Shown: positions 28,673 through 37,703 of the stretch, one piece after another
Layout of the letters: every line of letters begins with the position of its first letter
Position numbering within the stretch: position 1 is the stretch's first letter
NCBI GenBank assembly: GCA_040382515.1
Contig: JBEIFH010000005.1
Coordinates: forward strand, 2,397-66,396
DNA from: Chlamydiia bacterium
GTDB taxonomy: Bacteria; Chlamydiota; Chlamydiia; Chlamydiales; RGXB01
Reading direction: 5' to 3'
DNA length: 64,000 bases
The notes under the pieces: generated by a model
What the model was told of the DNA's origin: nothing
The model's database searches: none
The model's input: only the letters and a program-made list of their open reading frames with translations
Position numbers and translations under genes: made by a program

Positions 28673-29862
28673 TGGATTATTATTTAGGTGTAGACCTTGG
28701 CTCAACACACATAAAAGCCATGATCGTCTCAGAGGAAGGTGTTATCCTTTCTTACTGCTCAAAACCAAATCCTGTAAAACGGATTGATGGGAAGGTAAGG
28801 CAGGATTTATTCCATCTCATGCACCTGGCCCAAGATACAATCGATCAATGTATTTGCAATAGTGGTCTAAACGAGAACAAAATTGCATGCATCGCACTCT
28901 CCTCTCAAAGAGGGAGTTTTGCCTTTTTTGACAATACCGGCTATTCCCCCCTTTTCTCCTGGGAAGATACGACCAAGCCCAAAGATCTCAATCTCTCATC
29001 GAAAGTAAAAATAGCTACCCTTGATACCCTATTCATTCAACATCTGACCAAAGAAAAGAAATTTATCACTGATCCCACCCATGCAAGCTACGCAAAATTT
29101 GAAACTACGGCTGCAGAAAAAGCCGAAGTCGTCCCCTCCGATTCGCATTTTGGCACTTTTAGGGGAATTCCTATAAAAGCAAGTGTCGCCGATCAAGCAG
29201 CCTCTTTGTATGCCTTGGACCACCCTACAATCCTAAGTCTTGGCACCGGGGCGTTTTTGTTGAATGAGTGTGAAGAAACGCCATCCAAAGAGGGATCTGA
29301 CAAGCTCTATTCGGGGGTAAAAACCGGCTCAGGAAAGGTTTTCTACACAGAATTAGAACTTACCACTCTTGCACCTATATTACAAAATCTTGTCCACCAT
29401 TTTAGCCCCCAAAGGTGCTATACGGATCTAGAATCTCTGGCCGCCGGTGCTTTTCATTCAAAGGGGTTATTTTACCACCCGGAGCTGATGGAATTCAAAG
29501 GTTTCGGCTCGTCCATCGGCATTTGCGAGTGGACCCGCTCTTTGATCGAGGGATTTACCTTCTCTATCAAAGACATGATTGACCGGATGCAAAAAAAACA
29601 GCACGCTCTGTATGCTGTTTTACCAATTACTGGCGGTGTGAGCCGGTCAAACTACATGATGCAGCTTTTAAGCGATCTAAGCGGTATTAGCCTCATACGA
29701 CCCCGGTGCATCGATACAGACATATTAGGCTCCATAAAACTTGCCTCCTCTAATCCTCTCACCAAACTTTTAGATGAGGAGACTACCTTCCAACCGCAAA
29801 CGAACTCTATTTTACAAGATTCCTATGCCTTATGGAAGAGAACTTTTTATGAAACACCCTAG
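28672..29862 (+). CDS. FGGY-family carbohydrate kinase (glycerol-kinase-like, shortened)
   Basis: LGVDLGSTHIK, TDPTHAS, ADQAASL, LGTGAF and GGVSRS..MQ..SD motifs. Confidence 0.85.
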   Translation: MDYYLGVDLGSTHIKAMIVSEEGVILSYCSKPNPVKRIDGKVRQDLFHLMHLAQDTIDQCICNSGLNENKIACIALSSQRGSFAFFDNTGYSPLFSWEDTTKPKDLNLSSKVKIATLDTLFIQHLTKEKKFITDPTHASYAKFETTAAEKAEVVPSDSHFGTFRGIPIKASVADQAASLYALDHPTILSLGTGAFLLNECEETPSKEGSDKLYSGVKTGSGKVFYTELELTTLAPILQNLVHHFSPQRCYTDLESLAAGAFHSKGLFYHPELMEFKGFGSSIGICEWTRSLIEGFTFSIKDMIDRMQKKQHALYAVLPITGGVSRSNYMMQLLSDLSGISLIRPRCIDTDILGSIKLASSNPLTKLLDEETTFQPQTNSILQDSYALWKRTFYETP

Positions 29863-29911
29863 CCAAAAAAGGGGTTATCTTCCCGATTTTTTTTTCTCTT
29901 CACCCCTCTTC

Positions 29912-29940
29912 TTGATATTTGCTCCCTTTGCTGGTATATT
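29912..29940 (+). promoter_or_regulatory. Probable promoter of adk
   Basis: TTGATA-17 bp-TATATT with extended -10 TG. Confidence 0.5.
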
Positions 29941-30019
29941 TTTTTGGGCTGAAATAAACTCCTTTGCAGCCGAGCCACTCAAACATAATTTTATAAAGCA
30001 CTCTTTTGACGAGATTCCC

Positions 30020-30652
30020 ATGAAAAAAGAAGTACCTCCTCAAGCTGTCATTTTTATAGGCCCCCCCGGTTCGGGAAAAGGGACACAGGCAGAAAAATTA
30101 AAAGGTTACCGGCATATATCGACCGGAGACCTTCTCAGGGAAGAGATTAAAAAAGGGTCTAAGATCGGTTTGAGTTGTAAAGAGATCATCGACAAAGGGG
30201 AGATGGTGCCCGACTCCTTAATTTCCGATCTGATCGAGACCCATTTTAGTCCGCACATTCTTCTTGACGGATACCCAAGGACGCTTGCCCAAGCCAGGTG
30301 GCTTGATGAAAAAGTAAAAATATCACAGGTGTTTTTTTTCGAGGTGAACGTCGATAAGCTTGTCGAAAGGCTCACGAATCGGAGGGTTTGCCCCTCCTGC
30401 AAAGGGGTCTATAATCTGGTCTCAAAACCCCCGATCAAACCTTTCACTTGCGATCAGTGTGCCACCCCGCTGATGCAGCGTGCAGATGATGTAGAGACAG
30501 TGATTCGTAACAGGATGCGAGTTTACCAGGAAGAGACCGCCCCTGTGATTGAGTTTTATCGGCAAAAAGGGCAACTGACAAAATTGGATGCCTCACAAAC
30601 CCCCGATGCGATAGCCGATTTGATCCACAAAAAAATTTTTTCCAGCCATTAG
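30020..30652 (+). CDS. adk: Adenylate kinase (long type, zinc-binding LID)
   Basis: GPPGSGKGTQ, STGDLLR, LDGYPRT, LID CPSC...CDQC and RADD motifs. Alternative upstream ATG at 29849. Confidence 0.95.
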   Translation: MKKEVPPQAVIFIGPPGSGKGTQAEKLKGYRHISTGDLLREEIKKGSKIGLSCKEIIDKGEMVPDSLISDLIETHFSPHILLDGYPRTLAQARWLDEKVKISQVFFFEVNVDKLVERLTNRRVCPSCKGVYNLVSKPPIKPFTCDQCATPLMQRADDVETVIRNRMRVYQEETAPVIEFYRQKGQLTKLDASQTPDAIADLIHKKIFSSH

Positions 30653-30731
30653 GATTCGGGAAATTCTCCTGTCTCCTCGGCATCACCTATGTTGAATCGG
30701 AGGGGATAAGCTTGTTTTCCCGCTTTAAGAT

Positions 30732-31133
30732 TTACGTATCGAGTTTGATTTTTAAAGCCTCTGCAGCAGCTAAAATAGAAGATACAGCCTGCATCTGTGT
30801 CTCCCTGCGGCGCGCTTCCGGATCACGTGGTGAATTCACAGGGGTGTCATGAAAAGATTTTTTCTGATTCTCTTTAAACTCTTCCAAGCTATTTATGAAG
30901 ACTACAACGAGGTTTCTTTTCTCATCTGGATTGGGCTTTTTTTTGATAACATTCCAGTCCTTTTCAAGCTCCGAAAATTTTTTGTAGACCTCTTTTGAAG
31001 TGGAAAATCCCAAATGCATAGTCGCCAACATGAAATTTGCATCCACCCCTTCAGCACATTCGACCCCTTTTTGCAAGGGCTGATTATCCCCGTTACCAAT
31101 ACTGGATACATTCAAAACCGGCACCATACACAC
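30732..31133 (-). CDS. Hypothetical protein
   Basis: 133-aa ORF with SD-like GAGG; no recognisable domain. Confidence 0.65.
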   Translation of the reverse strand: MCMVPVLNVSSIGNGDNQPLQKGVECAEGVDANFMLATMHLGFSTSKEVYKKFSELEKDWNVIKKKPNPDEKRNLVVVFINSLEEFKENQKKSFHDTPVNSPRDPEARRRETQMQAVSSILAAAEALKIKLDT

Positions 31134-31317
31134 CTCTTTTAAAATAACAAATGCAGACTAGCTTTATCTATCGAGATTTATTAGATTTTTAGCTTATCTA
31201 AAACAATTGAGCTATTAAATAGTAATTAACGAATATAAAAATATCAATTCTAATATATTAAAAAACAAAAAGTATATTCTGTTTCAATGGCAAGTCAACA
31301 AGGGTACGGGAAATGAA

Positions 31318-32640
31318 CTATGCGCTTCTTGTCGCCAATTTTTTACACATACCGGGAAATAAAAAGAGGTGGATAGGATAGGTCAACCACCAGTAGAGCC
31401 TTCCGATCACACCCGATGGTCTAAAAACGGCCTTCTGCCTTAGATATCCATCCTCAATCCAAAATTCTAACCAGGCCTCCCCCGGCATACGCATAAGGGC
31501 GTACAAAAGAATGTGTTTCTTTTCCCGATCCTCTATCAAAATATCCCATACCTCAAAAAAGTCCTTTTTTCCCCCGAAAAGATAATCGATTGCGATCCGG
31601 ATTCTCCATGCCCAGTTCATAAAATAGAAACGATCCTGACTTTGCCCGAAGTACTGTAACCGATACCAAAGATTCGGTTCTAATATGTTGAGCGGAGCTT
31701 TCACTTCAAATGAAAGGGTACCAAACGTAGGGGCATGCCCCTCTTCCGTTTTGATAAATGCCTCTTGACAGGCCTCTTCAAAGCTTTTTGTTTCAAAGGG
31801 GATGATTTTTTGAATCGAATGATCTTGAACGTAAGTGTCATTTTTGAGACTCAATACAAGGCTTTGAGCCAGCTTGAAGGTGGTGCTTGTCACAAAATAG
31901 ATCCAGTAGGAGGAGAGTTTTGGGGTCAGGAACGGGACCGGAATGATCAACCGGTGAAAACCCCTGAATTTAGCAAAGCGCAACAACATTTCCTTATAAG
32001 AGATTACCTCCGGCCCGCCGATTTCAAATACCTTCCTGATACAGTCGGGGTGATTTGCCACCTCGGTGAGGTATCTGAGCACGTCGGACAATGCTAACGG
32101 TTGAGAGCGGTTATTCACCCATTTTGGTGTCATCATCACAGGTAAATGCTCCACTAGATCCCGAATGATTTCAAATGAGGCCGAACCGGAACCTAGAATG
32201 ATGGCAGCACGTAAAATCGTGTAAGGGAGATCCGCTTTTATAAATATTTCCTCAACCTTGCGCCTACTTAAAAGATGCTTCGATAGCACATCCTCCTCTC
32301 TCCCGAGACCGCTCAAATAGATCACCTGGTGGACATGGCTTTTTTTTACCCAATCGGCAAAATTTAACGCGATCTGCTGCTCTTTGAGGTCAAAATCACC
32401 CCCCTCGGACATGGAATGGACAAAAAAATAGGCTGCATCCAAATTTTGAGGAAGTGGAGGCAGGCTCTCGGGTTGCAACAGATCCCCTACAAGAACATGC
32501 AAAGAGCTGCCTCTGAAGGGGAGCTTACGGGGATCTCTCACCAGGCAATAGAGCTCAATATCCTGCTGATTTAAAAGAAAATTCACCAGAGCCTTGCCAA
32601 TAGATCCGGAAGATCCGGTGATCAAAAATTTCTTACCCAT
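31318..32640 (-). CDS. NAD(P)-dependent oxidoreductase, YbjT-like (SDR plus DUF2867)
   Basis: ITGSSGSIG, LRAAIILGSGSASFE and MRMPGEAWLEF motifs. Start ATG 32640. Confidence 0.9.
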   Translation of the reverse strand: MGKKFLITGSSGSIGKALVNFLLNQQDIELYCLVRDPRKLPFRGSSLHVLVGDLLQPESLPPLPQNLDAAYFFVHSMSEGGDFDLKEQQIALNFADWVKKSHVHQVIYLSGLGREEDVLSKHLLSRRKVEEIFIKADLPYTILRAAIILGSGSASFEIIRDLVEHLPVMMTPKWVNNRSQPLALSDVLRYLTEVANHPDCIRKVFEIGGPEVISYKEMLLRFAKFRGFHRLIIPVPFLTPKLSSYWIYFVTSTTFKLAQSLVLSLKNDTYVQDHSIQKIIPFETKSFEEACQEAFIKTEEGHAPTFGTLSFEVKAPLNILEPNLWYRLQYFGQSQDRFYFMNWAWRIRIAIDYLFGGKKDFFEVWDILIEDREKKHILLYALMRMPGEAWLEFWIEDGYLRQKAVFRPSGVIGRLYWWLTYPIHLFLFPGMCKKLATRSA

Positions 32641-32730
32641 ACAAGTTGAGTCCATTAGGTTAAATGTGCTTAAGTTCATACCATTTTTATCAAAAAAAGA
32701 GTATAATTAATCCCTTATGCGGTTTTATTT

Positions 32731-33759
32731 ATGATCGAGAGATTGGGGGGGGGGCTTCAACGTCCAAACGATAATTTGCCTTGTATTAGAGTCTCAAATA
32801 CCCCCTCTACCCTTTATTTTATTCAATTTTTTAATGATATCTATTTAGACTGCAAGGATTTCGCTGTCGATTTCAAAGAGAAAAAAATCCTGCCGCTAAC
32901 AAATTCCACCCTAAGAATCCTCGGTTCCCCACTAAACTTAGCCTACTCCCTAGCCAACATCGCACAAATATGTTTGGAAGCCTTAAAGTACTCGCTCCCA
33001 TGGTTGAAAATCCTAAGTCCGATCGTTGCGACTGTATATACAGGAATCGAAATCGTATGCGATACCCTTCAACTCAGACACACAACAAAAATTTCTAATG
33101 AACTCCCCCTTATCCTCGAAAAAAAAGACTTCGAACTTCTTCAAGAAAAGCTCAAAACCGACAGCTCGTTTCAGAAAATTTTAGGCGAAAAAAACATCGT
33201 TGAGATAAAGAAACTTTTGTCTACCCATTTCATGGAAGGGACCGAATTTCCTAAAAGCGAAATTGAAGAGATTTTTAAAACCCAATTGAAAAAAGCCAAA
33301 ATTATCTATTCCATATCGCTGGTCTGTTTATTTTTAAGTGGCCTATCAATCGTTGTCAGTGCACTACTTGCTCCACCCCTTGTTATATCCTCCTTAGCCA
33401 TCACCGCTGCAGTTATCTCCACCGTGCGTAATACGATGATTCCCGCTTATCTTTACCAAATAGGGGGTAAATTTTCTTGGCGCTCTGCAATTCCCGACTG
33501 GCCGAAAAAAATCGCATCGACTATTGTGGGCATGTGTCGGATTTTATTAGCCAAATTGCGCACTATCTGGACTCGCTGCTACACCACTACGAGGGATTTC
33601 GGCCCTCTGCATGCACATGGTGGCTCTCTACCATACTCGATCCCAAGATACACTCCGTCGCCTACATCTTCCTCCTCGCCTCCACCAAACTCCAGTCGCC
33701 TAAGATACTACAGGCTGCCTTTGGATCTCTCTTCTTATATCCCCTTATCTTCGTCGTAA
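32731..33759 (+). CDS. Hypothetical membrane protein with a long bilobed hydrophobic segment (Inc-like); G10 tract in codons 5-8
   Basis: IIYSISLVCLFLSGLSIVVSALLAPPLVISSLAITAAVIS segment; P/S-rich tail overlaps the next gene. Confidence 0.7.
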   Translation: MIERLGGGLQRPNDNLPCIRVSNTPSTLYFIQFFNDIYLDCKDFAVDFKEKKILPLTNSTLRILGSPLNLAYSLANIAQICLEALKYSLPWLKILSPIVATVYTGIEIVCDTLQLRHTTKISNELPLILEKKDFELLQEKLKTDSSFQKILGEKNIVEIKKLLSTHFMEGTEFPKSEIEEIFKTQLKKAKIIYSISLVCLFLSGLSIVVSALLAPPLVISSLAITAAVISTVRNTMIPAYLYQIGGKFSWRSAIPDWPKKIASTIVGMCRILLAKLRTIWTRCYTTTRDFGPLHAHGGSLPYSIPRYTPSPTSSSSPPPNSSRLRYYRLPLDLSSYIPLSSS

Positions 33760-34094
33760 AGTGCTCCGTCGGGCGCGCAAGACCTTATCTAAATGAAGAT
33801 ATTTTTAGTTGCATCCCTTTCAGCTGCAATGAGCTCTATTCTTCATTTCCCTCATCCCATGCTGCGGCCCTTGGACTGTTTTTATCCATCTTTCGACCTA
33901 AATTCTGGCCTCTTTTAGCCCCATTGGCCCTGATCAGGGTTTTGGAAGGGGTCCATTATCCGTCAGATGTCCTTGCCGGGTTCCTGATAGGTTTTTTCAT
34001 CCCCCGTTTCTCGAACAGGATTTTATCGATCGTTGCCTCTGTCCCACCCCTATCGACGTTAATAAAATATTTTAAACCCGCTTCCAGCCCTTAA
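33534..34094 (+). CDS. PAP2-family membrane phosphatase
   Basis: KxxxxRxRP, SFPSSH and RVLEGVHYPSDV motifs. Start uncertain (GTG 33534 or TTG 33477). Confidence 0.9.
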   Translation: MSDFISQIAHYLDSLLHHYEGFRPSACTWWLSTILDPKIHSVAYIFLLASTKLQSPKILQAAFGSLFLYPLIFVVKCSVGRARPYLNEDIFSCIPFSCNELYSSFPSSHAAALGLFLSIFRPKFWPLLAPLALIRVLEGVHYPSDVLAGFLIGFFIPRFSNRILSIVASVPPLSTLIKYFKPASSP

Positions 34095-34273
34095 TTTTCG
34101 TATTTAACCCCCCTGAAGGGAGGGGCTTTTGGCCCAAAAACAATGGGCCTAAACGCCTAAGTAGTTGACTCACAATTAAATAAAAAATTTTTTTATTTAA
34201 AAATCTTTATCTATTTTTTTAAAGGGATTCTGGTTATAATAGTACCTAATGTGATGGTTTTAATGGTTTTATT

Positions 34274-37200
34274 ATGAGTGCAAATACCCCCATTTCGTCC
34301 TCTAGCCACTCTCCATGGCTTAAACAGTTCAAAGGGCTTATACAGCACCCTAAGCCCCCTTTATCGATGGCTATTCAATGGCCCTCCTCTGACGCCCAGG
34401 AGATGGCAGCGCGACAAAGAACATGGTCCGTGATGCATAGCACACCCCCGAGCCTAAACGACATATCAACATTCATGCATACACATGGATTAGGAGTAAT
34501 CAGTGAGGACTCCGAAATAGTGTCCCGCCGTAACGCTCTTGTTCAGCATAATGGAAGCGCCGACTCCCCCCAAATTACCCAAAGTCGGTTTCAAGTCCTG
34601 GATTTTTTTTCAAACCTACCCGCTCGCATCTTTGGCCCGTCTTTAGAAGAGAAGATGCGCTATTTGCGAGAAAATGGGGATTCGCCCCCATCCGGTCTTT
34701 TACAAAGAGCTCTCTACTGGCCTCTACAAAAAGGGATTGCACTCGTCAAGGGCCCCGTCGAAAGATACACTTTCTTCCAAAAGGGCCGTTTACTGCTCCA
34801 AAATCCGTTGGGGTTAAATGCTGATCTTAAAAGTTGGTGTCAACAGGCTTTAAATACCTACAAGTTTTCAAGTGCCCAGAAGGCTCTTTTGACGAGATGC
34901 TCATCCGCTATCATAAAGCAGGATCTTGAAGAACTGAAGCTTCTTGTAGCAGCGGAGCTTGGTCTCTCTCCAGCCGAATTACCCCTTTCCCACTTACCTG
35001 CTTTAGCAGCTCAGGCCCTGTTTTTTAAAGCACAAACAGCTCTACCGGCAATGGGATGGCCACAGGCGGCACAAAACCCCGGTGATCAACTTGGGTTTAT
35101 CCATGAGATTGAGAAAATTTTGCAGGGAGCTGACTTAACTAGCGAAGTAGGGAGGATGTTCGCAAGAAACTGCGTACTGCCTTCACTGCAGTTTATCCTA
35201 GAAAAAATAGAGCAATCCCCATCTACTCAACAGTTACACCCTTATGTCCATCGGCTTAAAACACAGTTATCAGCAGTTGGATCCGCGCTAGAGAATAAAT
35301 CTCCGGAAGAAATCCGGTCTGCTTTTAGATTGTTTACCCAAGTCCTGAACCAGCGACCTCCGATTGCCCTTCAGGGGGTTGGAATTATCGGCGCCGGCAG
35401 CCTCTCTGAGCCTGTTTCTATAAGGCCTCTCGATGAAGATCTGTTGACGCCTTCCCATCGGCACGAAACCTTCGAGGTTGCAAAAGAGGTTACTGACCAT
35501 ACGATGGCCCGTTTTCAACATGCTTTTTCTGCGTACTCTACTCTTTCGATTTGCAACTTGTTCATAAAAACGTCGGATCAGACGAAATATGAGTATCCGG
35601 AGCTTTTGGAAAAGATAGAGTTAAAAAAACTCGGTTGTGGAAGTTTAAGCGAAAAAGAGTTCTTTATTAGGGAGCTACAAAACTTGATCCAAAAAGATAA
35701 AGAAGCGAACTGGCTCAAACGCTTTTTCTTTGGATCGAGACACGTGCTTAGCCTTATATTCTGGTTCTCGGAAAAAATCGTCTCTGTTTGCTCCCAATCA
35801 ATTTTGACAAAAATGCGCTCTGATATGCAACAGATCCATTGCGAGAGCGGGGAATCCAGCACAAAAAGGTTGCCGTTTGAACTATTGAATAGTCCCCTAT
35901 CCAACATGATCAGAATGTACCGTTCTGCAGCTCAACCTGAACCAGGAAAACATCGCGACCCCGGATCTTTGGAAACAGTGATGGAGTCCGTATCGAAAGA
36001 ACCTGGTTTCTACGACGGTATGTCGGAAACTACGCTCAAAAACAGAGTTGCGGACAAAATCATATCCGATTATCTGCCAAGGGTAAAACTTGAAGAGGGC
36101 TACCTGGAATTGATCAAAGGGTTGCCGGGACAGTCGGTTTTGAAAGTGCTTCTTCCTATTGTAAGAGCACTGGATTACATCCCCAACAAATTCATCGCAT
36201 GGTTCTCAAGAAAACTTCTGAACGAAACAGACGCACTTACTGTAATATTCGATAGCATCAAAACAAAAAGAAATCAATCGACGAACCTTGAGCTTACGAT
36301 CTATCAATCGCTTCACGAAGAACTGGCCCGTGTCTATAAGGGTATGCAAGATCCAGGAAATGAGGATGCAGCAGAGGTGCAACTCTCAAGCCAAGGTCTT
36401 AAAGAAATCCGGGCATTGTGTCATCAAATCGCTCAAATCCGACGCTTAAAAGGCTTTACAACGGAAAAACAGCTAAGCGACTATATGAAGAATGGCAAAC
36501 CCCTTGCAGAACAGGCAGAAGGGTATTTGATCGATCAAAACGAGACGATCCTGGGAGATCTGTTCATGAGTGTCTATCGATCAGTCACGGATAAGATTTC
36601 TCTTGAAACTCAGCTAAACACAGTTGTCGAAACAGCCATTTCCTCAATTGAAAGCTCAGCAAATCCCGATCCGGGTGCCCTGCAAAAGCAAATAGCGTCT
36701 GAAAAAGATTCCATTGGACGGCTGATGCGCAGCATCCTCCAGATCTCTATTGACCGTGGTATAGATTCTGCTTTAGAGTCCAAACCCTACCAGACCGAGG
36801 CTATGGCTCAAATAAAAAAGATGGTTTCGATCCAGCTCTTAAGAGAGTCCATAAAAAATTTGAAAAATAACAACTCAAATAGAAGATCCGATAAAGCGGC
36901 AAATGCCCATAATCTAAGGCTGCTCTTAAAGGCCGCTCAGCGTCAAATTCTTGTTTATTCATCAAGTTTAGATAGATCCCAAACCCTGAATCCGACAGAC
37001 CTGAATCTTTTGAAAACTCGGCTTTCAACCATAATCGCATCTTTAGATGAAATCCTTCTCCAAGCTTCGGTGCTCACGGATCGTTATACCTATGAAAGTC
37101 TGGTTTCGAAACCTGAGGCTCTAATCAAACGCCTTTTAGCCGTTCTTGCGAATCCCGTTCCAGGTAATAAAAGAGAGTTAGGGGCTATTAGGGAACTGTT

Positions 37201-37672
37201 CATTGCATCAAGGCACCTTTTCAACAAGTTTTCCCAATGGGGCGATCTAGACTCTTCCATAACTTCGGCCTGTGCGTTGGCGGGTAAACTGACCTCACAA
37301 GAAGGTTCTAGACTAGGCCAAGAGCAACGCGCTTTAATTGATGAAGTATCGGCGAAATTGAGGGCACTCGAACAAACATTCAGCGCTCTCCCTGATAACT
37401 TAGTTTCTAATGAAACAATCCTAGAGCAGCTCGAACAGGCGTCTTCTGAGGGTCAGGAACTCAACAATTTGCTAGAGGCTCCTTTGGAGAGACAAGAGGT
37501 GAACATTCCTTTTTTAACAAAAGACTCTTCAGTCGTTCGTATGGCAAAAAATCAGGCCACCAGCGTTCTCAATAGTTACTTGAACGACATGGTAGTCCTT
37601 CTTGCAGATCCACTGCTTCATGAGGTAACGCTAAAAACCTGGCTTGCATCATTTGTAAACTACAAAAAATAG
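34274..37672 (+). CDS. Large helical hypothetical protein (1132 aa), candidate effector
   Basis: Long ORF, S/P-rich N-terminus, upstream TATAAT and downstream terminator; no recognisable domain. Confidence 0.85.
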   Translation: MSANTPISSSSHSPWLKQFKGLIQHPKPPLSMAIQWPSSDAQEMAARQRTWSVMHSTPPSLNDISTFMHTHGLGVISEDSEIVSRRNALVQHNGSADSPQITQSRFQVLDFFSNLPARIFGPSLEEKMRYLRENGDSPPSGLLQRALYWPLQKGIALVKGPVERYTFFQKGRLLLQNPLGLNADLKSWCQQALNTYKFSSAQKALLTRCSSAIIKQDLEELKLLVAAELGLSPAELPLSHLPALAAQALFFKAQTALPAMGWPQAAQNPGDQLGFIHEIEKILQGADLTSEVGRMFARNCVLPSLQFILEKIEQSPSTQQLHPYVHRLKTQLSAVGSALENKSPEEIRSAFRLFTQVLNQRPPIALQGVGIIGAGSLSEPVSIRPLDEDLLTPSHRHETFEVAKEVTDHTMARFQHAFSAYSTLSICNLFIKTSDQTKYEYPELLEKIELKKLGCGSLSEKEFFIRELQNLIQKDKEANWLKRFFFGSRHVLSLIFWFSEKIVSVCSQSILTKMRSDMQQIHCESGESSTKRLPFELLNSPLSNMIRMYRSAAQPEPGKHRDPGSLETVMESVSKEPGFYDGMSETTLKNRVADKIISDYLPRVKLEEGYLELIKGLPGQSVLKVLLPIVRALDYIPNKFIAWFSRKLLNETDALTVIFDSIKTKRNQSTNLELTIYQSLHEELARVYKGMQDPGNEDAAEVQLSSQGLKEIRALCHQIAQIRRLKGFTTEKQLSDYMKNGKPLAEQAEGYLIDQNETILGDLFMSVYRSVTDKISLETQLNTVVETAISSIESSANPDPGALQKQIASEKDSIGRLMRSILQISIDRGIDSALESKPYQTEAMAQIKKMVSIQLLRESIKNLKNNNSNRRSDKAANAHNLRLLLKAAQRQILVYSSSLDRSQTLNPTDLNLLKTRLSTIIASLDEILLQASVLTDRYTYESLVSKPEALIKRLLAVLANPVPGNKRELGAIRELFIASRHLFNKFSQWGDLDSSITSACALAGKLTSQEGSRLGQEQRALIDEVSAKLRALEQTFSALPDNLVSNETILEQLEQASSEGQELNNLLEAPLERQEVNIPFLTKDSSVVRMAKNQATSVLNSYLNDMVVLLADPLLHEVTLKTWLASFVNYKK

Positions 37673-37676
37673 CATA

Positions 37677-37703
37677 AAGCCCCCTGCCCAGGGGGCTTAT
37701 TTT
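37677..37703. terminator. Bidirectional intrinsic terminator
   Basis: AAGCCCCCT-GCCC-AGGGGGCTT hairpin between convergent genes. Confidence 0.7.

Noticed and set aside
29849-30019. Membrane-anchored N-terminal extension on adenylate kinase
   Set aside because: The Phe-rich stretch is T-rich DNA containing a good promoter (TTGATA-17-TATATT, 29912-29940), so ATG 30020 is the likelier start. A longer isoform is not excluded.
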